Assembly: GCA_026023565.1 (NCBI GenBank)
Contig: JAPETS010000003.1
Coordinates: forward strand, 682,001-746,000
Length of the DNA: 64,000 bases
Direction: 5' to 3'
Origin: Cirrosporium novae-zelandiae
Lineage: Eukaryota
In this document: positions 1-11,251 of the stretch, in pieces
How positions within the stretch are numbered: the first letter of the stretch is position 1
Layout: the number at the start of each line of letters is the position of its first letter
Program-made: the position numbers and the translations under genes
Notes under the pieces: model-generated
Databases searched by the model: none
Told to the model about the DNA's origin: nothing
The model's input: only the letters and a program-made list of their open reading frames with translations

Positions 1-511
1 AATGATATTAGTGGCAGCTCTGAGTTGGCTGGAATCAGTTTCAGCTGCCTCGTTGCCTCTCCACTCTCTTCCTCCAATCTCCAATGTCAGTTCACTTTTT
101 GGCTGCCTTGGCCATTTGTCCTTTTTCTTACCGTGGAGGCTATGAATGATACCACCATCCAGACATTCATTCTTTTGTTCCTTCGCTGAGGCTTTGTTCA
201 AATATTAAGAATATCCACGGTAAGCCAAATACTTTTCATATTCCTTTTTTTTTGTATTCAGGGATGGAGAGGATTTTACTTGTGTCGTCTCATTTCTTGG
301 AAGGACAAGGTTCTCTGATTGTAGATTGACGACCCTTGTCCTGGTTAAGGTTCTATGACATAATGCCAACAACCCCTCCAACTGCCCCACCAACCAGCTT
401 CAGCCCTAAATACCTACCTACCTAGGTAGTCGAATGAGTTTCTTGTCTTCTTTTCTTTTCTTGTTAACCACTTCCAAAGAAATCCTTATCTTCATCTTCA
501 TCATATAAATC

Positions 512-913
512 ATGCCTGCTCCCACCATATCTCCTCTCCCAATCACCGATAACGACGCCGAAACTCTTGTCCGTTCTTGGGGTTTCAGCCATGTTTTTAC
601 TTGGGAGGATGGGCCGTAGGTCTTCCCGGTTTCTAGGTCTTTTCTTTCTCAAGCCGAGTCCTAGATCATAGAACATATTGGCTAATTTCTATACGTCTAT
701 AATAGAGAGGCATACTATTCCCCTCACACGCATTCTAATCTCACAACCCACCTAATCCTCTCCGGAGAGATGACAGTGAGATATCCCGATAGTGATCCGG
801 AAGGAACCCAGAAAGAAACTTTTGGGAAGGGGAAAAGAGTTGATGTCGATGCACGAAGGAGACATGAAGTGTGGATGGGCCCGAATGGGTGCAGGTATGT
901 TGTGGGTGAGTAA
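512..913 (+). CDS. Small cupin (RmlC-like) protein, 2 exons (intron 616-705)
   Basis: Not in the ORF track. ATG 512, donor gtaggt 616, branch gctaat, acceptor aatag 705. Spliced protein MPAPTISPLPITDNDAETLVRSWGFSHVFTWEDGP-EAYYSPHTHSNLTTHLILSGEMTVRYP...RVDVDARRRHEVWMGPNGCRYVVGE* has cupin motifs PHxH...H.I..G and V.V.A...HEV. Confidence 0.85.
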
Positions 914-3278
914 AGAGGTGGTGATTGATCCCGAAGAATTATGTTTATTCTTCTGATATCATGGTTAGTGAATGATAATGGTTGAAAATGGGATCCAGGT
1001 TACGGTTCTGTGTTTACAGGAACGATATCCTTGTCATGAAAAGATGCTTCATGTTTTCTTATGAATACTCTCTTGTCTGACTGTCTGCATATCTTGCAAC
1101 TTGAAAAGGTGGGTTGATTCATATTTATGAACGCACTTTCAGCTTTATCCAACTTCCTTTACACTTATCTTCTATCTCAAACTTTTCGTTCCACTTTTTC
1201 GACCCATACCATACTCATCGCTCTCATCCAATCGAATTCCTACCTGTCCAGCATCCTTGATTTATTTTCGACATCATCCATATTATTCAAATTCACATAT
1301 CTCATCTCATCTCATTCCATCTCATCACTCCCATAAAAGAATCCAGCAAGAAGCCTGCCGACGTGATATAATACAAAACCACGAATAAATCCCACCGTCC
1401 ATCCGGAACCCGCTTTTCCATTACTATAATTCCACCCATCCACTCCACTCCAATTTTACTATAGGCCTCTTCCAGGTGGGCCGCATCGCACACCATAGCA
1501 AGCGGGAAAGGAAATAGAACCGCAAGTGAAACTCCAAGTCCAAGCGGGAGTCCAAGCGCAAGGGGGGGTGGGGAGGTCGTCCAGTCGGCAAGAAAGTTCG
1601 GCGGAAGGCGACCTCCATTCCTAAGGCTCCACCTAAATCTACCCACCGCCCTTTTTTTTTGCTTTTGGCATTTTTATCATTTTCGCTTCTTCGATTTTTT
1701 TTTGGTTTTTTTTCTAGAACTTTAATACCAATGGTTTTTTAAGCCCGCGCCCTCGGTTCTCGACTGGGGGGGCGGGAGGACACTTGGAAAACTTAGATTT
1801 TCGGATTGATTGGAAAACCTAGCTTACTTTGCGACGATAGGGATCGCTGGATGCGCCGTGTTGGGTGGAGAAGCTTATTTAGACTGTCTGCCCTGTAGAT
1901 AGTGTATAGCTTAGTAGATAAATAATGACTTATTTATGGTTACACAATTTCTTTTCCCTTTTTTTGAAGCAGAGAGGGAAAGTTTATATTGGATATTCTA
2001 GGTACCTAGGTGGAAAGTATATTGTTACTACTACAACCTAGCTAATCAAATATATGTTTATATAAATCATCTCCTTTTATTTCAATTTTTGTCTAGTATA
2101 ATGCGAAATCTAGATTGGACATATCAATATATATATATCCAGCCATGCCGAGTATAAATGTAAGTAGTTAATAATTTAGTAGTGCTAGTTTAGTACTTTA
2201 ATAGTTGACAAGAGAATCAAGCCTCTTCTCTGCTCTAACTATAGCTCTTCCCCCGCCCCCTTTCTTTCTTTCTTTGATTCCATTTTTCCAATTCCCTTTC
2301 CATTTTTCACTTTCACAGCTTTGAAAGCTTGAAGCTTGCAACACCGTAATGGCGTGTTAGTCTCAAGATCAGTATCGGTATCAGTATCAGGACAACCGTC
2401 GATCTTTCACAATGAAACCGCCACCCACCCACCAGCAATCATCAACATCAACATCAACATCATCATCTAATTCCCCCTTCCCTTATCACCACCCACAATC
2501 CAACCTCTAAAGCAACCCTGTCCCCCCCTAACCTCCCCAATAATACTCCAAACACCGTCTAAAATATATCCCTCCCGTTCTCCACCCCCCCCCAGCCGCC
2601 ATAAGTAATAGTAATTTTTCCCAAAAAGAGAGAAAGGAAACAAAAGGGTTCCTGATACCCCTCCCGGTTGAGTAGTCTTTTTCTCTCATTTTCTGTATGT
2701 CAGAAGAGAGCGACTGGTAGATCATTTCCCATCCCATTTCCATTCCCATTCCCAATCCCGATCCCGAAAAGATTTTCTCTTAAAGAGGCTTTGCTATAAA
2801 AAACGGAAAATATGAAAACCCAGAAGAGAAAAGGGAAAACCATGGAATCTTGAAAGACACACACATGTACGTTTCAGTTCAGAAGCGGCATCATCAATAG
2901 GAAAAAAGAGAAAGTTATTTGGGTTGAGCGAACATACAAGACAAAGGAGAGAAGGTATGAAAAAAAAAACCAAGAGAGATTAATAAGGAACGCAAGAAAC
3001 GCAGGTCAAAAAAAGCAAAGTTGATGATCCAAAAGTCGGCAGGATATGACAAAAATCTAGAGCTGGTCCCGTAGGATTCCCAGAAAATATTCGCAGCTCC
3101 CCCAAGTTCCAAGTTGTATTTGCGCCTTCAAATATGCATGCCGTTGCTTTCGAATTGTGTAGACCCCCGTTTCCCTGTTCCTTTGTTTGACCAGTCGCCG
3201 TTGAACTCCGATTAAATGCGGCACAATAACAAAACAAAGGAAATCGCAAAAAAAAAAGAACATGGAAATCCTGTACAT

Positions 3279-5204
3279 CTAGATGGCCCAACTTCCTCTC
3301 CTCTCAATAACTCCCCAGTCACCAGTTGTCTCCCCGAGGAATCCACTTCCTTTCCTCTGTTGCCGCGCCCATTCTCTAATATACAGCTTCAGGGCCACCC
3401 ATCTCGCGCACGCGCCTCCATTGCCGTCTTTCACGCCGCTTAGATCTCCATTGCCTTCAGGTGCCCCAATATATCCCTTGGCATTAGCTTTGTCGTCATC
3501 TCTCCTTATTTCAGAGATGGGAATTTTCGAAATCTTGCAAAGCTCAGGGTCAAATTTCCACGCAAGGCTGGGGTAGCCTAAGGAGAGGTAGTTGTATATT
3601 TGCGTCACAAATTTGTCGTCAAACTCACGCGCAATTTCCTCTTCTGCAGAAATCATACTATCAATGCCAGTCATGGAACCGTTGGAAGTGTGAGGCGGCG
3701 ATGGAGGAAGGAGTTTTTGGCTATTGGATACTGCATCCATGTCCATTTTTAGGGAAGCAAACGGGTCATCCATCTCAACGGTGGGCGTCATAATACCAGC
3801 CCTGTTGCGTGGTGGAGGTGATAAAGTCTGGTTTGCTGAGGATGTGCAAGCACCACGCCAGAGACCTTTGCAACCGTCGTTGGGAGCTGCATTGCCGGCA
3901 GTCCATAAACCACCAGATTGGGTTTCGTGGGGGCCTTCATTATCGGAATTGTGGTTCTGAGGTTGGGGATGTTGATGGACATCGAAACGGGTTTGTTTGG
4001 GTGACTGGCATTTTGGAAACTTAATGTCCTTTCCTAGCATTGGTGGAGACGCAGCCTGACGCATTTGGTCGAGACCGATATTCTTCTGCCAGCCGCCAAT
4101 GATGTGTTTGGGTTGTTTAGGGGACATGGGATCGAGGCCATCTTCTTGACGGGCAACGCGGAGAGCAGCTTCGAAGGGGTCTTTGGGTTGCACGGGAAGG
4201 TATTGGACTCCATCCATATGATCTACTCCTCGTTCTTTTTGAAGTTTCTCCTGGTGTTTCCTCATTTCTTGTAGACCCCAATTCATCTCATCTGAGGAAT
4301 CACTTCTAAACATCCTAACATCACCATCCTCATCTTGTTGGAGGAGCGTGACACAGCTATCATCGTCCGATGAAGAGGCGTCCCGTTCGACAGGGACAAA
4401 GTGGTCGACGTGAGCATGGACACCTTCGTTGGGATAGGCCGCCAACAACGCCTGTTCTCTGAGTTGTTTTTCTGCTGCCTTCGCTGCCAATGCTAACAAG
4501 TATCCAGAGAATTTATCGTCGCAACTTTCTCTCATGCGAGTGGTATCGCTATCATTGTAGAGGTCGGTGGCGTCTGAAGCGGAAGGAGATGTGGAGAGGG
4601 AGGGGCAGTTGGAATCACTGGAGGTTTCGGAGCTTTGGGATTCTATGGGAGCGAGGTCGGGTATTCGGAAAGAATGGCTTCGCTCTGGTGTTTCTCTCCG
4701 GGCTCGTGCAGCTAGGTTGGCGGCGGAGAAGCGAGATTCGTGAATTTGGGGAACGTATCCAGCACCCAGATCTGCACGTCTATGTCTTGATTGCTGGACC
4801 TTATCGCCAGGAGATATATCTGTTTTATCGGTAGGAAGGGTGGCCGGATGTAGGTCACCATGTCTCTTGGATCGTCTTGCTGTTTCGATCAATTGAGGAG
4901 TGAATTTTTGACGAGGGGTATCTACGGGTCGGGGTGGACTTGAGGAAGAGGCGGCTTGAGCGGCTCCCCTACGACGGCTCCGCGATGAAGAAGAGGATAT
5001 TTCTATAGGTTTCGGAACAAATCGTTTCCTGGGCGACTCTGATTTGGAGGGTGAGGATTCATTATTGGCCTTGGAACGGTGGCTATGGGTGGATGTCTCG
5101 ATTGGCGTTGGGACGAACTTGCGAGAAGTCTTGGAAGTCTTGGTGGATGTCTCAATAGGTTGAGGTAAAAACCTGCGAGTAGAATGCTGGGGGGGAGAAG
5201 CCAT
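3279..5204 (-). CDS. Conserved fungal hypothetical protein (641 aa)
   Basis: Long intronless ORF with repeated N-terminal R/KF.P.P.ET motifs and a C-terminal block FVTQIYNYLSLGYPSLA.KFD.EL.KIS...RW.ALKLYI.EWARQ...RRGSWA that resembles Pezizomycotina uncharacterised proteins. Confidence 0.8.
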   Translation of the reverse strand: MASPPQHSTRRFLPQPIETSTKTSKTSRKFVPTPIETSTHSHRSKANNESSPSKSESPRKRFVPKPIEISSSSSRSRRRGAAQAASSSSPPRPVDTPRQKFTPQLIETARRSKRHGDLHPATLPTDKTDISPGDKVQQSRHRRADLGAGYVPQIHESRFSAANLAARARRETPERSHSFRIPDLAPIESQSSETSSDSNCPSLSTSPSASDATDLYNDSDTTRMRESCDDKFSGYLLALAAKAAEKQLREQALLAAYPNEGVHAHVDHFVPVERDASSSDDDSCVTLLQQDEDGDVRMFRSDSSDEMNWGLQEMRKHQEKLQKERGVDHMDGVQYLPVQPKDPFEAALRVARQEDGLDPMSPKQPKHIIGGWQKNIGLDQMRQAASPPMLGKDIKFPKCQSPKQTRFDVHQHPQPQNHNSDNEGPHETQSGGLWTAGNAAPNDGCKGLWRGACTSSANQTLSPPPRNRAGIMTPTVEMDDPFASLKMDMDAVSNSQKLLPPSPPHTSNGSMTGIDSMISAEEEIAREFDDKFVTQIYNYLSLGYPSLAWKFDPELCKISKIPISEIRRDDDKANAKGYIGAPEGNGDLSGVKDGNGGACARWVALKLYIREWARQQRKGSGFLGETTGDWGVIERRGSWAI

Positions 5205-5810
5205 GGTGAGTTGAGTGAATTCGTCGGTGGCCGACGTTCTGTTTTACATGGACAATGAAAACAAGACCACGAGTAAAGTTATAGAATGAAGGTGTCTGGG
5301 TGTAGTCGGTGCCTCCTAGCAGTCACAGTAAGTTGCGGAAGGCTGATGTCGAAGAAGTATTAGTGTTGGTGGAAAGGTTGTCAAAAGTCGTCATCCGTGT
5401 TCGGACGGTTGGTACAAGTGTCGGGATCATCGGCTGGGTCTGGGTGTTTTGTTTATATTTAAGAATTGGGGAGGATTGTTATAAATTGAATTTGAATAAT
5501 TATAATTCACGACGACCAACTTTGAGGTTGTTGGGGGGATGGGATAAAAGAGAGATTTGATATGATTTGAAGATGGCCCAGGGTTGTCAAAGTTGTCAAA
5601 AAAAAAAAAGATGGACAATTCGGACTTTCCAACTTGCGGGTGCTTATTACGCCTTAGATAGGCGGTGGCACCCCCCCGGCTATTTCTGGTATTTCGAGTA
5701 AGTTATTCGAGTCTTGGAGTAGACTATTAACTAGTTGGTTGACCTGGATGACTTCTTTGGTTCCAGAATTGGTTTAACTTGGTTTTATTTATCGTTCTAA
5801 CTTCTGTTTC

Positions 5811-5865
5811 TCTTGTCTCTCTTGTCTTGTCTCTTGTCTCTTGTCTCTTGTCTCTTGTTTCTTGC
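5811..5865. repeat. (TCTTGTC)n heptamer tandem repeat
   Basis: Directly visible imperfect tandem array. Confidence 0.8.
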
Positions 5866-6753
5866 CTATTGTCTCTCGTTGTCAACTTTTCCCGTCGATT
5901 ATTGTTTCTCCTTCAATAGATTAGATCCCCTTGTTTGCTTCCCATGCCTACCACGTACATTACATTCCCGTACCGAACCTACCTAATTAAAAATGTTCCT
6001 TGGATATTCACTCCAATCAACTAAAGTTACCCAACCCTATATGCCGCTGCCCCCGGAAGCCTGATGAACCCACTAAGCCAATCTAGTAGAGGATCATTGA
6101 TTTAATTAATGACAAAGGTACCAGTAGCCACAACGAGGCTGGCCTTAAACCCCATCATGCACCCATGCACCCATGCACCCACGCACCCAACGCACCCAAC
6201 GCACCCACGCTTTTCACGGCCTATGGCCTCTCCCGATTTGACTTTCTTGATTTTCTTGTGGTTTTCTGTGGTTCTTCTTTTTGGTCCTCACCCCTGCGGG
6301 AGCCTCCCTCTCCGCTGCCACTTGTTTGGATGGCCGAATACTTGGATCTGGGAAAATAATAAAAAAAATCTCACAATAGTCGGCCTAAAATTGAAATCTA
6401 TCCGTAGACGAGCCGAAGGGCGACAATAGCTCAGGAGACTTGTGGTATGAGTGACTCGGATTACTTCTGTGCATATGATTACTACTATTTTACTACGAAC
6501 CTACCCTGGACCGACTATTTATGCGTTTTACACACTCAGGTGTTCTTGTAGGCTGTAACATTTTTATGGTAGTGGTGGTGGTGGTGGTGGTGACGGTTGA
6601 TGGTGGTGACAGCAGGATGCACCATGGATTTGCCCATGACTGCTTAGGAATTGATGATTGACCATTGACTATTGATCTGTTGATCTGTTGATCTGTTGAT
6701 TTGAACCATATACTCGAGTAGATCGCCGATGTTCTGGACTTGGAAGCCATTTC

Positions 6754-6791
6754 TAGCAATTCCAGCAATTCCAGCAATTCCAGCAATTCCA
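6754..6791. repeat. (AGCAATTCC)x4 9-bp tandem repeat
   Basis: Directly visible; it explains the LLELLELLE/GIAGIAG spurious ORFs. Confidence 0.85.
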
Positions 6792-9700
6792 ACGATTCCA
6801 CACCCCCCACCTTTCCCCAGGAAAAAAACGGTGACAAAAAGGAAATAACAAAGATACTCAAGATAATCAAGATAATCCAATAATGAAATATCAATCAAGC
6901 TCAAAATCAAAGTTAATCATAACATGTAACTTATTATTATAAGGAAGCAAGGAAGCTGAATTCACAACTACCTGTACATGACATCACATGCTTAATCGGT
7001 TTGTTATTATTTATTTGTCTTAAGGGGACATCAGAAAGTTGTTGGGTAAACCTTGACCGCTTCCAACGCCAACGAGTCAAAAGAAGTCAAAGTCAAAAAA
7101 AACCCAAACTTATCAACTATCAATTCATCAAGAAAAGAAAAGAAAAGAAAAGAAAATAAAAGAAAATAAAAACAAAACAAAAAAAAACCTACGTGGTGTG
7201 TCCTAGGAAACTTGCATACACTACACACTACACACTTTACTGCACTTTAGACGAATTGCTCCAGGACACAACACAGAGTAATAAACTAGAAATATCAAAA
7301 ACACCGTCAAAAGGAGAAAAATGTGGGGATACGGGATATTTAATTTGGCCAGAACTTCAGAAAGCCCACAACTGGCCCTTCGAGACCCCTTTCCCTATTT
7401 GTCTGTAAATACCATGGATTAGATATGTGTTTCACGCGTGTTCGAGGAATAAATTATGGGCCGGCTTATTATAAGTATCCACAATAGGAAATTATCCATG
7501 ATAATCCGGCCCCTCCAACAAGGCAAGCCTTATCTTTGTCCATCCCTCATCCCAAATACCAAATGTATTGCATTGTACCTACAACCACCACCATGGTGCA
7601 TCCCGCATAGTGCATGCATTAATGAAACATCCTGTCCATCAAAAATCTCAACCACAACTGTCCACGATATAATATATGTAGGACAAGTTTACGAGTACAG
7701 TCAGCTTCATACAAATAGTTCTAGTCCCTCATTCAGCTGGACGTCTAACTAAAGACTTGGAGCTGTCTGAACAATACATTGATGTTAAGCTCCAAGCTCC
7801 AGGCAAGCTCTAAGCTTCCTTCTCATCCACTTGGTTACGTGCAGAAAACTCAAGCATTAACCAGTCAGTCCATGGACTTTTATCAACCACAAACCCAACA
7901 CCATTTTAAAAAAGACAGATTGCCTAACTGGCTGTTCTCCGACTTGCTCCGACCTATCTCAAATCTTTATTTTCTGCATATCCTATCTTGGCGTTCTAAA
8001 CATCCATTCATAGGTCGGCATTACCAAAAACATCGTTTGATTGTTGCAGATTTATTGCCGCCCGACCGAAATAGTGTGTGTGGCAATCCCTCAGTGCCCC
8101 CCCCCCCCCCCCCCCCTCACGAAAGACCAAGACGTGAAGACGACTTTGCTAATCAGCATCAATCCCACAACTTAGACTATTTTGCTCAAAGACCTTGTTG
8201 ATTATTGTGTTTTCGTCTTATCATTGAGGGGCAGCGTCCAATGAGAAAATATCACGGTGAGAAAGTTCGACTACCCCGCGTTTGAAGAACTCTCTCCTAT
8301 GAAACTTTGAAGATCGCTGACAATCCCTAGATTTCCCGATACACTTGATGGTTGGAGCAATTGTAATCAACATGAGTCAAATACCGAGGACGCCTAATGC
8401 ATGTGAGGCATGGGAGCCCATGCTAACTGGGTGTTTCCTTGACATGGATTTTTCTCGTACAGTAGGAGGCGAGTATCGTGAGTTTTATACCTCATTCGCG
8501 GAGATATTTGCGGACTATTCGCGGGGATACCAAAATCAGGTGAGTACAAAATGCCCCACGTAGATCCCAATCCATCTTGAGCCAGGGACGATGGCATCGT
8601 CCCGCACCTTGCGCAACACTATATGAGGATCTGGTATTGCATGTTAACTGCAACCCTCATCTGAGCTTTTCTTCACCATTTACTTGACATTTTTCCACTG
8701 GGCTATTTGAAACAGTCAAAGATCAATTTATGAAGCTCTTCAGTCGGGTCAACTCTGCTTTGCGAAGGTACAATCACCAAATGGTCTCATGGAATTATCC
8801 GTCACACTTTCCCGTAACTTGATTTTTTTGGTGTGGTTTGTATGGTTTAGTACTTGTTGAATGTTTCCATTCTTCCTGCTCGATATATATTTTTTTAATC
8901 CTTTGGGGTATCCAGATCTTTTGTATCATTGGTCATGTTCCTTCCGGTGCCCATGTTGGACTGGGAGGGACTGGGAGGGACTGGATGACGTTGAAACCCG
9001 TGAAACTTTGCTAACGTTGATGAACGCTGAAGTTAATTTGGAAGGATAATAAATACAGGGAAGAGATTAAAGGTCGCCAAGGCCATACTTACTTGCAGGA
9101 ATAAACATGATATATCTACCAGCCCATGGAATGTCTGGAATTGAGGCACATGGCAATGCCTCAATACTTCGGACCAAGAAAACTGCTTACGCTACATTGA
9201 AGTGTCAGGCCATGATTACATGTTTGTCTTCTAGCATAGCCCAAAATTTGGGCCTGCATCTCTTTCTTCTAGAGTTCCATTAGGGTAAGAGTTTTGCAAA
9301 TAGAATTCAAAAAGAATTCAACGGCCCCATAAGTCAGACAGTCGGCTCCATACAACCAGGGCAACGGTAAAGAGAAGTGGTTGCAGGTCAGCGGTTTCCA
9401 TCGGCTTGGTCACATTGAGGAATGGGGATGAAAGTCAATTCCAACTACACGCCAGTAGATTGGCTTCTTTTGAGCCTCATGGGTAAAGTCTCCTTGAGGT
9501 TCGTGAGGGTTTAAGCGCGATAGGGAAGCTACGGATTTCTCAAAAGAGGGAAGAGGCCGAGAAACAAAAAATACCTCATGGGAATTGGTCTTGGTGAGTT
9601 ACTTTGGCTTTTGACATTTTATGCCTCGTGCGGAGGCTGACATACAAGGCAGACCAAACCAAAAAGCCTCACTGTTTTCGTTGGAATCGATGGTATAGCA

Positions 9701-10492
9701 TTTTCCGAACCAACACCAACACCAGCACAAAAAAAACCTTTTGATTTCCCTTTTTGCAATCCAAAGGTTGATTAGAAATTCAAAGCTTCCCCACCTTTGA
9801 TTTTGCTACCTATCCTCATAGTGAGTTTGGGTTGGATGTTAGAGAAAGCAAAGGCTCGGAATGGTTACGTCAAAGCCGCGAATAACCGTGGCGATAAGAT
9901 AAATTGGGTAGGGCTGGCTAAAAGCTTTTTATTTTTCCCGGGGGAGACGGAACCTCGATCCTTCTCGGCATTTATTGACCTTTCTCACCTACTATGTCCT
10001 CTCCAAGCCATCGGTCCATGCACAATTTGTTCTAGTCGCATTCTACCGTTTCGTAGTTGACTCTGGCTTGCATCATTCTCTGCGGAATATTGCTACTATC
10101 TTGCTTTCATTGCTTTTCAGTCCTTTTCAGTCCTCTCTATATAGCGTCAAATGGCCATTTATTACTTCCCCAATCCTCTTATGATATTCCCTTGCCTTTG
10201 CTTCTTTCCTTTTCTTTTGGCACCATTCACAGTGATATTTCTGTTATTTTTCTGTTATTTATTACACATCCAAGGCATTGCAAAAGACTGCAACCACAGG
10301 GTCATTTACGTTCACCATAACCATTCTATCGGGGGGTTCCAGCGTATTTGACTCAATCCATTCAAGCTTCAATCACCCAACTACAAGACACTGGAGAGCA
10401 TCTGACTTCACCTATCATTCTCTATCATTCATGTCCAAGGCCTGCTTGTTTGAAACCTTCCTGTGTTACCGATTATACAACACCAGATCAAC

Positions 10493-11251
10493 ATGTCAGG
10501 CTCAACTCTACCATCTCAAAACAAGTCCAATGAATACAACACACATTCTTCTCAACCTTTCATCCTTTCGGACTTTACATCTGCTTCTTCTCAGTTCCAA
10601 GATGAGATGGTTAGTGGCTGTCATTGCAATTGTGGGTGTCTAGGCTGCCCGTGCAACATGCCGCTTAGTGCCGTCGACAACGATACGAGGGAAATAGATT
10701 ATGATGATCATTCTGACTCAGAAGAGTATAATGACGGGAGAGACTTCCTTGCTTCCTTAACTGATCTCGCCAATAATTGTGTCATGACAAATGATTCGAG
10801 ACGAAGCTCGGAGACATCACACTACGATAGCGTCAGAGGTGATGATTCTGTCACCACCGCAGATTCAGACCATCAAAATGATCCCCAAGAGATCTATGAC
10901 TTTCTTTCCCAGATCCATGAGCTGCATCCATTTTCCATCCATCAACAGTTCGGCTTCATTGCCTCTCCGCCTTTCCATTGCACCTCATTCAGTCCTAACA
11001 ACGACCTCAGTCCTTCCTCCTCTATGCATGTCAATCTCGAGGCTAGCCCTCAGCACTCAACTATTAGCATGCATTCTCACATGACTAGAAGCCAGAGCCC
11101 TGCATTTTATACTAGACATGCGGGAAGCTGCTTCAACGAGAACGGACCCTTGCCTTTATTAGACGGCTCAAAGTCTAGGAGGTTAGGCAGTATAGGGTCG
11201 CCTCTAGCAAATTCAGCATCGCTGAGTGATATAGTTATGCAAGATCATTGA
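10493..11251 (+). CDS. Ser/His/Asp-rich hypothetical protein (3' end uncertain)
   Basis: ORF of about 250 codons from ATG 10493 with a CHCNCGCLGCPC cluster. Intron-like elements lie upstream on the same strand (9594-9652). No recognisable domain. Confidence 0.4.
   Translation: MSGSTLPSQNKSNEYNTHSSQPFILSDFTSASSQFQDEMVSGCHCNCGCLGCPCNMPLSAVDNDTREIDYDDHSDSEEYNDGRDFLASLTDLANNCVMTNDSRRSSETSHYDSVRGDDSVTTADSDHQNDPQEIYDFLSQIHELHPFSIHQQFGFIASPPFHCTSFSPNNDLSPSSSMHVNLEASPQHSTISMHSHMTRSQSPAFYTRHAGSCFNENGPLPLLDGSKSRRLGSIGSPLANSASLSDIVMQDH

Noticed and set aside
1..393. Minus-strand frame of ORF 205-393 stays open past its TAA to the window edge
   Set aside because: No ATG start, recognisable motif or convincing splice signals; cannot be told from chance.
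6155..6210. Short direct repeats (CACCCATG/CACCCAACG) considered as a CRISPR-like array
   Set aside because: No unique spacers; it is an ordinary minisatellite in a eukaryotic genome.
5300..7800. Many 60-130 aa ORFs on both strands
   Set aside because: They arise from microsatellites and low-complexity runs (GGT, AAAAG, 9-mers) and show no domain signal.
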